Part shown: positions 37,728-49,409 of the stretch, piece after piece | Numbering within the stretch: position 1 is the first letter of the stretch | Layout of the letters: each line of letters opens with the position of its first letter | Assembly: GCF_035084215.1 (NCBI RefSeq) | Contig: NC_090340.1 | Span: 4,650,001 to 4,714,000, forward strand | DNA length: 64,000 nt | Direction: 5' to 3' | Source of the DNA: Heptranchias perlo | Taxonomy: Eukaryota | Made by a program: the position numbers and the translations under genes | The notes under the pieces: model-generated | What the model saw: the letters and a program-made list of their open reading frames with translations, nothing else | Database searches by the model: none | Told to the model about the DNA's origin: nothing

Positions 37728-40583
37728 TCATGTCCAATTTCCTGCCCGCTCCCCATAACCCCTAATTCCCTTTACTTCTAGGAAACTGTCTATTTCTGTT
37801 TTAAATTTATCCAATGATGTAGCTTCCACAGCTTCCTGGGGCAGCAAATTCCACAGACCTACCACCCTCTGAGTGAAGAAGTTTCTCCTCATCTCAGTTT
37901 TGAAAGAGCAGCCCCTTATTCTAAGATTATGCCCCCTAGTTCTAGTTTCACCCATCTTTGGGAACATCCTTACTGCATCCACCCGATCAAGACCCTGCAC
38001 AATCTTATATGTTTCAATAAGATCGCCTCTCATTCTTCTGAACTCCAATGAGTAGAGTCCCAATCTACTCAACCTCTCCTCATATGTCCGCCCCCTCATC
38101 CCCGGGATTAACCGAGTGAACCTTCTTTGTACTGCCTCGAGAGCAAGTATGTCTTTTCTTAAGTATGGAGACCAAAACTGTATGCAGTATTCCAGGTGCG
38201 GTCTCACCAATACCTTATATAACTGCAGCAATACCTCCTTGTTTTTATATTCTATCCCCCTAGCAATAAAAGCCAACATTCCGTTGGCTTTCTTGATCAC
38301 CTGCTGCACCTGCATACCAACTTTTTGATTTTCTTGCACTAGGACCCCCAGATCCCTTTGTACTGCAGTACTTTCCAGTCTCTCGCCATTAAGAAAATAA
38401 CTTGCTCTCTGATTTTTCCTGCCAAAGTGCATAACCTCACATTTTCCAATATTATATTGCATCTGCCAAATCTCCGCCCACTCACCCAGCCTGTCTATAT
38501 CCCCTTGCAGATTTTTTATGTCCTCCTCACTCTCTACTTTCCCTCCCATCTTTGTATCATCTGCAAATTTTGATATGTTGCACTCGGTCCCCTCCTCCAA
38601 ATCTTTAATATAGATTGTAAAGAGTTGGGGACCCAGCACCGACCCCTGTGGAACACCACTGGTTACTGGTTGCCAGTCCGAAAATGAACCATTTATCCCA
38701 ACTCTCTGCTTCCTGTTTGATAACCAATCCTCCACCCATGCCAGAATATTACCCCCAATCCCGTGATTTTTTATCTTAAGTAATAATCTTTTATGTGGCA
38801 CCTTGTCGAATGCCTTCTGGAAGTCCAAATACACTACGTCCACTGGTTCCCCTTTATCCACCCTATACGTTATATCCTCGAAGAACTCAAGCAAATTTGT
38901 CAGACATGACTTCCCCTTCATAAAGCCATGCTGACTTTGTCCTATTAAATTATGCTTATCTAAATGTTCCGTTACTGTCTCCTTAATAATAGACTCCAAA
39001 ATTTTACCCACCACAGATGTTAAGCTAACTGGCCTATAATTTCCAGCCTTCTGCCTACTACCCTTTTTAAATAACGGTGTTACATTAGCAGTTTTCCAAT
39101 CTGCCGGGACCTCTCCTGAGTCCAGGGAATTTTGGAAAACTATCACCAAAGCATCCACAATCCCTACTGCCACTTCCCTCAAGACCCTAGGATGGAAGCC
39201 ATCAGGTCCAGGGGATTTATCCGCCTTGAGTACCATTATTTTACTGAGTACCATCTCTTGAGTGATTTTAATCGTATTTAGCTCCTCCCCCCCGAGAGTC
39301 CCCTGTTTGTCCAGTGTTGGGATATTCTTAGTGTCCTCTACTGTAAAGACTGAAACAAAATATTTGTTCAGCATTTTTGCCATCTCCATGTTTCCCACCA
39401 TTAATTTCCCGGTCTCATCCTCTAAGGGACCTATGTTTGCCTTAGCCACCCTTTTTCTTTTTATATAACTATAGAAACTCTTGCTATCTGTTTTTATATT
39501 TTTTGCTAATTTCTTTTCATAATCTAACTTCCCTTTCTTAATCAATCCTTTCGTTACTTTTTGCTGTCTTTTGAAGAATTCCCAATCTTCTATCCTCCCA
39601 CTAAGTTTGGCTACCTTATATGTCCTTGTTTTTAGTCGGATACTATCCTTGATTTCTTTACTTAGCCACGGGTGGCTGTCATTTCTTTTACACCCTTTTT
39701 TCCTCAGTGGAATATATTTATTTTGAAAGTTGTAAAATAACTCCCTAAATGAACACCACTGATCATGTACCGTCTTACCCTTTAATCTATTTTCCCAGTC
39801 CACTTTAATCAATTCCGCTCTCATACCATCATAGTCTCCTTTATTCAAGCTCAGTACGCTTGTTTGAGAATCAACCTTCTCACCCTCTAATTGGATATGG
39901 AATTCAACCATGTTGTGGTCGCTCGTTCCAAGGGGATCCTTAACTAGGACATTATTAATTAATCCTGACTCATTACACAGGACCAGGTCCAAGGTTGCCT
40001 GCCCCCTTGTAGGATCAGTTACATACTGCTCAAGAAATCCATCCCTGATGCACTCAATGAACTCGTCCTCAAGGCTGCTCTGCCCAATTTGATTTGTCCA
40101 GTTAATATGATAATTAAAATCCCCCATAATTATGGCTGTTCCCTTATTACATGCCCCGACTATCTCCTGATTAATACTTCTTCCAGCAGAGTTGCAACTA
40201 TTAGGAGGCCTATATACTACGCCCACTAATGTTTTTTTTCCCTTATTATTCCTTATCTCCACCCAAACTGTTTCATTATCTTGATGCTTTGTCCCAATAT
40301 CATTTCTCTGTATTACAGTGATTCCTTCCTTTATTAACATAGCCACCCCACCTCCCCTTCCTTCCTGCCTGTCCTTCCTGATTGTTAAATACCCTGGCAT
40401 ATTTAATTCCCAGTCGTTGTCACCCTGCAGCCATGTTTCTGTAATGGCCACAAGATCATACCCATACGTAGTTATTTGTGCCGTTAACTCGTCCATTTTA
40501 TTACGAATGCTACGTGCATTCAGATAAAGAACTTTCAAATCTGTTTTGTGACGCTTAGTTCCTGCTTTTTCCTTTTTTAACAC
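37728..40583 (-). CDS. Intact CR1 ORF2 (APE endonuclease + reverse transcriptase), 951 aa
   Basis: LYLNARSI, ITETW, YRPP, GDFN, SDH; NYRPVSLTS, QHGF, DFQKAFD, GVPQGSVLGP, FADD; no stops. Confidence 0.96.
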   Translation of the reverse strand: MLKKEKAGTKRHKTDLKVLYLNARSIRNKMDELTAQITTYGYDLVAITETWLQGDNDWELNMPGYLTIRKDRQEGRGGGVAMLIKEGITVIQRNDIGTKHQDNETVWVEIRNNKGKKTLVGVVYRPPNSCNSAGRSINQEIVGACNKGTAIIMGDFNYHINWTNQIGQSSLEDEFIECIRDGFLEQYVTDPTRGQATLDLVLCNESGLINNVLVKDPLGTSDHNMVEFHIQLEGEKVDSQTSVLSLNKGDYDGMRAELIKVDWENRLKGKTVHDQWCSFRELFYNFQNKYIPLRKKGCKRNDSHPWLSKEIKDSIRLKTRTYKVAKLSGRIEDWEFFKRQQKVTKGLIKKGKLDYEKKLAKNIKTDSKSFYSYIKRKRVAKANIGPLEDETGKLMVGNMEMAKMLNKYFVSVFTVEDTKNIPTLDKQGTLGGEELNTIKITQEMVLSKIMVLKADKSPGPDGFHPRVLREVAVGIVDALVIVFQNSLDSGEVPADWKTANVTPLFKKGSRQKAGNYRPVSLTSVVGKILESIIKETVTEHLDKHNLIGQSQHGFMKGKSCLTNLLEFFEDITYRVDKGEPVDVVYLDFQKAFDKVPHKRLLLKIKNHGIGGNILAWVEDWLSNRKQRVGINGSFSDWQPVTSGVPQGSVLGPQLFTIYIKDLEEGTECNISKFADDTKMGGKVESEEDIKNLQGDIDRLGEWAEIWQMQYNIGKCEVMHFGRKNQRASYFLNGERLESTAVQRDLGVLVQENQKVGMQVQQVIKKANGMLAFIARGIEYKNKEVLLQLYKVLVRPHLEYCIQFWSPYLRKDILALEAVQRRFTRLIPGMRGRTYEERLSRLGLYSLEFRRMRGDLIETYKIVQGLDRVDAVRMFPKMGETRTRGHNLRIRGCSFKTEMRRNFFTQRVVGLWNLLPQEAVEATSLDKFKTEIDSFLEVKGIRGYGERAGNWT

Positions 40584-40666
40584 TTTACCTATTACTCCAT
40601 ACCTTCTGTCCCTTCCTGTTACGCTTTCCTCTCTCTCCCTGCTCAGGTTCCCAACCCCCTGCCACT

Positions 40667-40957
40667 TTAGTTTAAACCCTCCCCAACAGCACTAGCAAAC
40701 ACTCCTCCTAGGACAGCGGTCCCGGCCCTGCCCAGGTGCAGACCGTCCGGTTTGTACTGGTCCCACCTCCCCCAGAACCGTTTCCAGTGTCCCAGGAATT
40801 TGAATCCCTCCCCCTTGCACCATTCCTCTAGCCACGTATTCATTTGAAATATCCTCCTATTTCTACTCTGACTAGCACGTGGCACTGGCAGCAATCCTGA
40901 GATTACTACCTTTGAGGTCCTATTTTTTAATTTACCTCCTAACTCCCTAATTTCCAT
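40667..40957 (-). CDS. CR1 ORF1 C-terminal fragment (SGNH esterase-like)
   Basis: VVISGLLPVPR...MNTWLEEWC...YKPDGLHL (DxxH motif) directly upstream of ORF2. Confidence 0.85.
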   Translation of the reverse strand: MEIRELGGKLKNRTSKVVISGLLPVPRASQSRNRRIFQMNTWLEEWCKGEGFKFLGHWKRFWGRWDQYKPDGLHLGRAGTAVLGGVFASAVGEGLN

Positions 40958-42474
40958 AATTCATGCGAACTGGCAAATAATATTGCAAGTTCACTGAGAG
41001 GGCACGGTGAGGGGTGATGCCGGAAAACGAACCATGCGTCATTGGGATTGGAATAGTTAGTGAGGGTTGACGGCGTGGACTGGGGGAATTGATTTCTTTC
41101 ACGTTCCCGCAGCCATGTCGCAATCCAAGGTCATTCCCGCATCATCAGATTCACAGTGCGGAGCCGTTGACAATGCACCAAGTATGGAATACTTAGGTTG
41201 CTCTTGTGGAAAGATGGAAAAAAGTTTTCGTGAGCATTTGCTCCGAATGGCAATTCTAGCGCATTTGTAAATACGCCCCATTGTCTTTAAGAGTTCGCCC
41301 TAAATAAGCAATTGTTATTTAATGTTATGTTTATCAAGGAAAGCGGTATGAAGGGAACGTGGCAGTGGAAGGGTGAATAGGTCGGAGTTGGTCGAGCAGC
41401 AAGTGGGTAGGTGAAGCATGAATAATTGCGGAGAGAATGGGAAAGCAGCCACTTAAGGCAAGTGTTTCCCTGCAATATTACCTAAAATATAGGCTGCAGC
41501 CATTAGTTAGTCATTTCTCTTTTACAACACACTGTGCCAATCGTCACCTACCGTTCGCGCAATAATGCAGAGAAGATAGCAAAAGAGGTTAGAAAGAGAA
41601 ACAAAGAGAACTTAGGGGCAGGTAGCAAAAGAGGAAAGAGAACGATTCAGAAATAAAAGAGGGGAGAAAGAGAGAGAAACAACAATGACAAGAGAACTGA
41701 CAGGGATAAGGGAGAGACGACGACCTTGAAATGACATGGCGTACAAGTGATCTAGCGTCAGAATTCGGATGCGAGCCCAGCGAAAACCCCAAGAAACTAA
41801 CACGCCTGAACATGCAGACACGAGAATGATCGCCTAGAATTCTCCGGCTGGATATCGGCCAATGCAGCGGAGAATCATCATAAGCGTTAGGAAGGAGATC
41901 AGTGGAACGAGCGTAAATTCGTCCCTAATTGTAGACGTTCAGCAGAAAATGTAAAATAGGACAACGTCAACCCACGGCAGTCGACACAGCTGGAATGTTA
42001 GTCGGTGAAGGATCTGCCAGGAAATGCAAGACTTTTACGGTTTTACAATCAGGAAACACGACGTCTAACATCAGTATTCGCAAATTTAAGATTTATCGAA
42101 CGTGTGTCACGAAGTATGCACGGATCCCTCCTCGCTCAAGTACGTGAAGATGTCTCATGCTCATTGTTTCTAGCGACATTTAAAATCATTTCTTTTAGAA
42201 TGTATTTATATTATTGCGAGAAACAACGGACAGAGAAAATCTTCACCAAAGCATTGACGATATCACGACACACGGCCAGCAATGGAATTCTTATTCCAGT
42301 AGATTGTATAACTTCAAATGATTTTCTGTGGTTTTGTTATATAAAAAAAGAAAGATAATGGGACAAGCATGAAGTGGATAATGTTTGATTCCGTGGCATA
42401 GTCAGAAATATCATCAGATTGACATGGTTTCTGGTTTTGAGTGTGTATCATTGACCAATTTATAGCTTTTCCAG

Positions 42475-42611
42475 ACGATCATTCTGTCCTACCCGTCCAC
42501 CAGATTTATCGATCTACAGTGGGGTTACTGGTCATTATTCTACTGACGATAATCATCCTCAACCATGTTACATCAGATAACTTTAAAAGGGAAGAGATTA
42601 TTCAATCTTAA
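42475..42611 (+). CDS. Transmembrane exon of the VJ-C1 gene (copy B); donor GT>GG, read-through stop at 42609-42611
   Basis: Acceptor gcttttccag|, phase 1 matching the C1 donor: (D)DHSVLPVHQIYRSTVGLLVIILLTIIILNHVTSDNFKREEIIQS*. Confidence 0.75.
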
Positions 42612-42779
42612 ACAACATTATTCAATTTATAACATGGAAGAAATATGTGATATTTCGTAATCAATTGTAGAGATTTCTACTCAATAAATACAAAATAATG
42701 AAATGCCTGAAACCATGAAAACCAATAGGAAGTCGTATCAGGGCCGTTGTTTAATGTTGGCTTTAGAAAATAAGTTAAA

Positions 42780-44700
42780 ATAAGAAATAGGAGCAAGAGT
42801 AGGCCATCCAGATCATGGCTGATCTTCTACCTCCACTTTCCCAGCCTATCCCCATATCCCTTGATTATCTTAGAGTACCAAAACCTATCGATCTCAGTCA
42901 GAATATACTCAACGACTGAGCATCCACAGCCCACTGGGGTAGAGAATTCCAAAGATTTGCAGCCCACTGTGTGAAGAAATTTCTCCTCATATTAGTCCTA
43001 AATGATCGATCCCTTATCCTGAGAATATGCCCCCTAGGTCTAGACTGTCCACCCAGTAGAAGCAGCCTCTCAGCATCTACCGTGTCAAACCCACTCAGAT
43101 TCGAATATGTTTCAATGAGATCAAACATCATTCTCAAAACTCCAGGAAAACCCATTCTGCTCAATCTCTCCTTATGCACCAATCCTCTCATCCCAGGAAT
43201 CAATCCCGTTAACCTTCGTTGAAACACATCTGAGGCAATTGTATCCTTCCTTAGGTAAGGAGGCCAAAACTGTACACATTACACCAGGTGTGGTCTCACC
43301 AAAGCCCTGTACAATTGCAGCAAGACTTTCTAACTCTTGTACTCCAACCCCCTTGCAATAAAGGTCAACATGTCATTTGCCTTCCTAATTGCTTGCTGTG
43401 ACTTCCTGTGTTTCGTGTACAAGGACGCTGAAATCCCTCTGAACACCAACATTTAATAGTTTTTCACCGTTTACAAAATGTTAAGCTTTTCTATTCTTCC
43501 TACCAAAGTGAATAACTTCACATTTCACCACATTATACTCCATCTGCCAACTTCTTGCCCACGAACTTAACCTGCCTTTATCCCCTTGCAGTCCCTTTCC
43601 CACCTAGCTTTGTATCGTTAGCGCAATTGGATACATAACACTGGATCCTTTCGTCTAAATAATTAATATGGATTTTAAATAGCTGCGGCCCAAGCACTGA
43701 TCCATGCGGCTCCCCAGTAGTTGCAGCCTGCCAACCTGAAAATGGCCTATATATTCCTCGTCACTGTTTTCTGTCCGTGAACCAATCCTCAATTCCTGCT
43801 AATTTATTACGCCAACCCCATGGGCCTTTAACTTGTGTAAAAATCTTTTGTGTGACACGTTATCGAATGGCTTTTGAAATTTCAAATATACTACATCCTC
43901 TGGTTCCCCTTTCTCTACCGTGCTAGTTCGATCATCATCAAACAATAATAGAGTTGTCAAACACGATTCCCCTTTCATAAAACCATGTTTACTCTGCCTA
44001 ATCATATTATGTTTTGCTAAGTGCCACCTTACCGCGTCCTTAATAATAGATTCCAGCACTTTCAGGACGACTGATGTCGTACTAACTGGACTGTGGTTCC
44101 CTGCTTTCTCTCTCCCTGATTTCCTGAATAGCTCTGTAACGTTTGCTACCTCCCAATCCACTGGGACAGTTCTAGAATCTAGGGAACTTTGGAAGATCAC
44201 AACCAATGCATGCACTATCTCTGCAGCCACCTCTTTTAGAACCCTAGGATGCAGGTCAGCAGGCCCAGGGGATTTTTTGGTTTTTAGTCCCTTAATTGCT
44301 TCATTACTTTTTCTTTACTAATATTAATTAATTTAAGCTCCTCACTCTCATTGAACCCTGGGTTCCCCATTATTTCTGGTGTGTTTTTTTATTCTTCTAT
44401 TGTAAGGGCAGATGGAATATATTTGTTCAACGCATCTGTCATTTCCTGATTCCCCAATATAATTTCTCCTGTCTCAGCCTCGAAGGGAATTCACGTTTAC
44501 TTTCGCTCCTCTCTTCCTTTTTACATACTTTACAAACAATCTGATTTAATCTGTCTATTTTCTCCCTCTTCCGTTTTTTTGACTTCCTTTGCTGGTTTCT
44601 AAATCGTTCCTAATCCCCAGGCTTACTGCTCTTCTTGGTAAAATAATAAGCCTCTTCTTGTAATCCAATACGACACTTATCCTATATAGTAAGCCAGGGA
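42780..44700 (-). mobile_element. Old CR1 fragment (copy B of 1185-5700, uninterrupted)
   Basis: Same degenerate ORF2 peptides as copy A. Confidence 0.85.
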
Positions 44701-44769
44701 TGGATCATTTTTACCGTCGAGTTTTTATTTCTGAATGAAAATTGTATTAGTAAAGAATTATGAAAGATT

Positions 44770-46020
44770 TATTGAAATGATTTTGAGTATTTAACTGGTC
44801 GAATAGACAAGGGAGAACCAGTGCTTGTGGTTTATTTAGATTTTCAGAAGGTCTTTGATAAAGTCCCACATAAGAGGTTAGTGTGCAAATTTAAAGTGCA
44901 TGGGATTGGTGGTAATTTACTGGCATGGATTGAAAATTGGTTCACAGACAGGAAACAGAGAGTAGGAATAATTGGATCTTTTTCGGGGTGGCAGGCAGTG
45001 ACTAGTGAGGTACCGCAGGGATTAGTGCTGGGGCCCCAGCTATTCACAATATATATCAATGATTTGGATGAGGGAACTAAATGTAATATTTCCAAGTTTG
45101 CTAACGACACAAAACTAGGTGGGATAGTGAGTTGAGAGGAGTATGAAAAGAGGCTTCATTGCGATTTAGACAAGTTGAGTGAGTGGGCAAATACATGGAG
45201 GATGCAGTCTAATGTGGATAAATGTGAAGTTATCCACTTCGGAAGGAAAAACAGAAAGGCAGAGTATTATTTAAATGTTGATAGATTGGGGAATGTTGTT
45301 TTACAAAGGAACCTGGGTGCCCTTGTACACCAGTCATTGAAAGCAAACATGCAGGTGCAGCAAGCAGTTAGGCAGGCAAATGGTATGTTGGCCTTCATTG
45401 CAAAACGATTTGAGTGTATGTGCAAGGATGTCTTACTGCTGTTATACAGGGCCTTGGTGTGTCCACACCTGGATTATTGTGTGCAGTTTTGGTCTCCTTA
45501 CCTCAGAAAGCATATGCTTGCCACAGATGGAGTACAGTGAATGTTCACCAGACTGATCGGTAGGATGGCAGGACTGTCGTATGAGGAGAGATTGGGTAGA
45601 TTTGGCCTGTATTGACTCGAATTTCGAAGAATGAGAGGATATCTCATTGAAACACGTAAAATTCTGACAGGGCTAGACAGAGTGGACGCAAGGAGGATGT
45701 TTCCCCTGTTCGAGGTGGGGGGTGTCCAGAACGAGGGGTCACAGTCTCAGAATACGGGGTCGGACATTTAGGATTGAGGTGAGGATAAATTTATTCTCTC
45801 AGAGGCTGGTGAACCTGTGGAATTCTGGACCATAGAAGGCTGTGGAGGCCAAGTCACTGAATATATTTAAGAAGGAGCCAGATAGAATTCTCGAAACAAA
45901 AAGCTTCAAGGGATATGGGGAGAGAGCGGGATAGACGATCAGCCAAGACCATATTAAATGGCAGAGCAGGCTCAAAGGGCCGAATGGCCTACTCCTGATC
46001 CTATGTTCTATGTTTCTATG
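44770..46020 (+). mobile_element. Degraded CR1 fragment (copy B of 5760-6995)
   Basis: [31 protein letters not shown]. Confidence 0.88.
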
Positions 46021-47024
46021 TTCATGATCGACCTTCATATATGTTAACCGAATTTATCAATCAACCTTAGCCAACTCGATAATCATACCTCTGTAATTGG
46101 CTATGTTTAAGTTTAAAACTATAGTTTCTGACTAAGTACGTCATTTTCGAACTCAATGTGAAATTCTATCACAGTATGATCACTCTTCCCCAGACGATCC
46201 CTTACTCTTTGATTCCGAATTAATCGTGTCTCATTGCAAAATATTACATCTAACATTACCTGTTGCCTGGTTCGTTCCACCACGTACTGTGCTACGAAAC
46301 TGTCTCGAATGCATTCCATGAACTACAATTAAAATCGGCCGACAAATTCTCGTCAAATTCATTGTCTCACCTAAATTCATCGAAGAGACAAGCTTTGTTA
46401 TCGTTGTGATTATCGGTTATGCGCCATTTATAACATTTAAAATTTCTCCATTACCTTTCAGCCTCTAACTTATTCTTCGTTTTAAATAATTCTGCATTCA
46501 ACCCATTCAAATGCCTCGATTAGATACTAATTTGTAATGCACTTTTGGATGCACGTTGTTCCTATTAACCCGCTCAGCTACCACCAGACTCCCGGTGGTA
46601 GGTTCGGTGAAGTTGGGGGTGGGGTTGCATATGCCAGAAAAATGGATAAATGTCCAATAGAATTATTTGCACCGTTTGTCTGCGATTTAAGCTGGTGTCC
46701 CGAGGTAAGGACTGGGGTGATTGGATTCTGATTGTGAAACCTTTCAAGACCTGAGCACTCTGCAAGGGCTCTCCGCATATCTGGCTTTGACCTCAGCAGG
46801 ACACCAGGCGAAGCCCCAAGAGAAACAGTGTGAATGATGGGAAGATAGATCGGGAAAGCGAGCGAACCCTGGCGCGATTTGAAGATTATAATTAAAAAGC
46901 ACAGTTCATTGAATTTCCAAAATGTAACTTCCATTAAAAGTTGAATTTATTCCTCAAACACTACTTGAGCTTGTGCCAATTTGATGGTGTTCAATTGAAG
47001 CTCATCACAAGCTCGAAGAAAAAA

Positions 47025-49405
47025 ATGTATATACTTCAATGCACGAAATCTAGTGAATAAGGCAGATGAGCTGAGGGCAAAGATAGATACGTGGAAGTAT
47101 GATATCATAGCTAATACTGAAGTGTGATATCATAGCTATTGTGGCTTAAAGATTGACTGGAATGGCAGCTCAACATTCCTGCTTACAGGGTATTCAGTCG
47201 AGATAGGGAGTGAGATGAAATAGGATGTGGGTGGCAATGTTGGTTAAAGAAACAATTACAGTCGTGTGGTGGCATTATTTATGAGAAGGATCATCAAATG
47301 AGGCCATATGGATTGAGCTCAAGAACAAATAAGGGGCAATCACTCTGCTGGAAGTGGTGTCAACCAGTAAAGGGATATTGGAGAGCAACTATTTAGGTAA
47401 ATTTCTGAGACGCGCAAAAACAATAGGGTAGTAATAGTAAGGGATTTCAACTACCATAATATTAACTGGGATAGAATCAGTGTAAAAAGCATAGAGGGCG
47501 CAGAATTCTTGAAATTAATTCAGGAGAACATTTTCAGGCAGTACATAGCAAGCTCAACTGGAGAGAGAGAGCAACTCTGGACTTAGTTTTAGGGAATGAA
47601 GATGGGCAGGTGGAAGAAGTATCAGCGGGAGAGAATTTTGGCGGTAGTTATCATAATTCAGTTGGATTTAGAGCAGTTAGAGTAGAGTAACTAAGGAAAA
47701 AGTAGGGCCTATTAGAGACCAAAAAGGTAACGTCTGCGTGGCGGAAGAAGATGAGTATGATTGTGAATGAATACTTTGCGCATGTCTTTACAAAAGAGGG
47801 GGACATTGTATTTAAGGAGGAGGAGTTCGAAATATTGGATGGGATAAACATAGTGAGGGAGGAAGTATTCAGGGGATGAGCATCTTTGAATATAGATGAA
47901 TCGCTAGCCCCGGACGAAAAGTATCCCAGGCTGTTAGTAGAAGCAAGGGAAGATATAGTGGATGCTCTGACCATCAGTTCCCAATCCTCTCTGGCAACAG
48001 GTGCGTGCCAGAGGACTGCTAGCGTTGTGCCACTGTTTAAAAAGAGAGAAAGGAATAGACCGAGTAATTATAGGCCAGTCAGCCTAACCTCGGTGGTGGC
48101 CAAATTATTGGAAACAAATATGAGTGACAGTATAAATCGTCATTTAGAAAGGCAGGGATTAATGAAGGACAGTCTGCAGGTATTTGTTTCGTGAAGGTCG
48201 TATTGACCAACTTGATTGCATTTTTTGAGGAGATAACGAGGAGGGTCGATGAGGGTAGCTCGTTAGATGTCGTCTACATAGCAAGGCTTTTGACACGGTC
48301 CCACATGGCAGACGGGTCAGAAAATTAAAAGCACATGGGATCCAAGGGAGTGTGGCAAGTTGAATCCAAAATTGGCTCTGTGGAATGAAGCAAAGGGGAA
48401 TGGTCGATGGGTGTTTTTGTGACTGGAAGGCTGTTACCACCGCGATTGCGCAGGGCACAGTACCAGGTCCCTTGCTTTTTGTGGTATTTATCAATTATTT
48501 GTACCAAAATGTAGACTGCATGAGTAAGTAGTTGGCAGATGATACAAAAATCGGTTGTGTGGTTGATAGTGAGGAGAACAGCTGTAGACTGCAGCAGAAA
48601 AGTGGCAAATGGAATTCAATCTGGAGAAGTGTGAGGTAATTCATTTTTGGGAGGGCAAACAAGGCAAGAGAATACACAATAAATGGAAGGATACTGAGAG
48701 GTGTAGAGGAACAGATGGACCTCGGAGTGCACATCTACAGATCCCAGAAAGTAGCAGGACAGGGAGATAAAGCGGTTAAGAATGCCTACGGGATACTTTC
48801 CTTCATTAGCCAAGGTATAGAATATAAGAATAAGGAGGTTCTGCTTGAACTGTAGAAAACATTAATTAGGCTAGAGCGTGACAGGATTTCCTGACAGGAA
48901 AGATGTGATTGCACTAGATAGGGTACAGAGCAGATTTACGAGGATGTTGCAAGGACCGGAGAATTTTAAGTATGAAGTAAGATTGGTTAGGCTGGGGTTG
49001 TTTTCTTTGGGACAGAAGAGGCTCAGGAGAGATTTAATTGAGGTGTATAAAATTATGAGGGGCCTGGATAGAGTGGATAGGAAGGACATGTTTGCCTTAG
49101 CAGATGGGTCAATAACCAGGGGGCATAGATTTAAATAATTGCTAGAAAGATTAGAGGGGAGCTGAGGAAACATTTTTCATCCAGAAGGTGGTAGGGGTCC
49201 GAAGCTCATTTGCTCAAACGGTCATAGAGGCAGGAAACCTCTTCGCATTTAAAGGGTGATTGAATGTGCACTTGAAGTGTCGTAACCTACAGGCCAAGGA
49301 CGAAGAGCTGGGAAGAGTCATTCGGCTGGATTGTTGCTTTTTCGGCCGGCACAGACGTGATGGACCGAATGGCCTCCTCCTGCACCATAATATCTATGAT
49401 TCTAT
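47025..49405 (+). mobile_element. Degraded CR1 (copy B of 7995-10803, with internal deletion)
   Basis: Colinear with copy A; NYRPVSLTSVV. Confidence 0.87.
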
Positions 49406-49409
49406 GAAC

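Larger units (their letters stand above)
37526..40957 (-). mobile_element. Young CR1-clade LINE, 5'-truncated in ORF1, antisense in the C1-TM intron
   Basis: (TTCTTATG)3 tail at 37526-37549, intact ORF2, ORF1 C-terminal fragment; cataa on both sides (37526-37530, 40955-40959) is a possible short TSD or microhomology. Confidence 0.96.
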
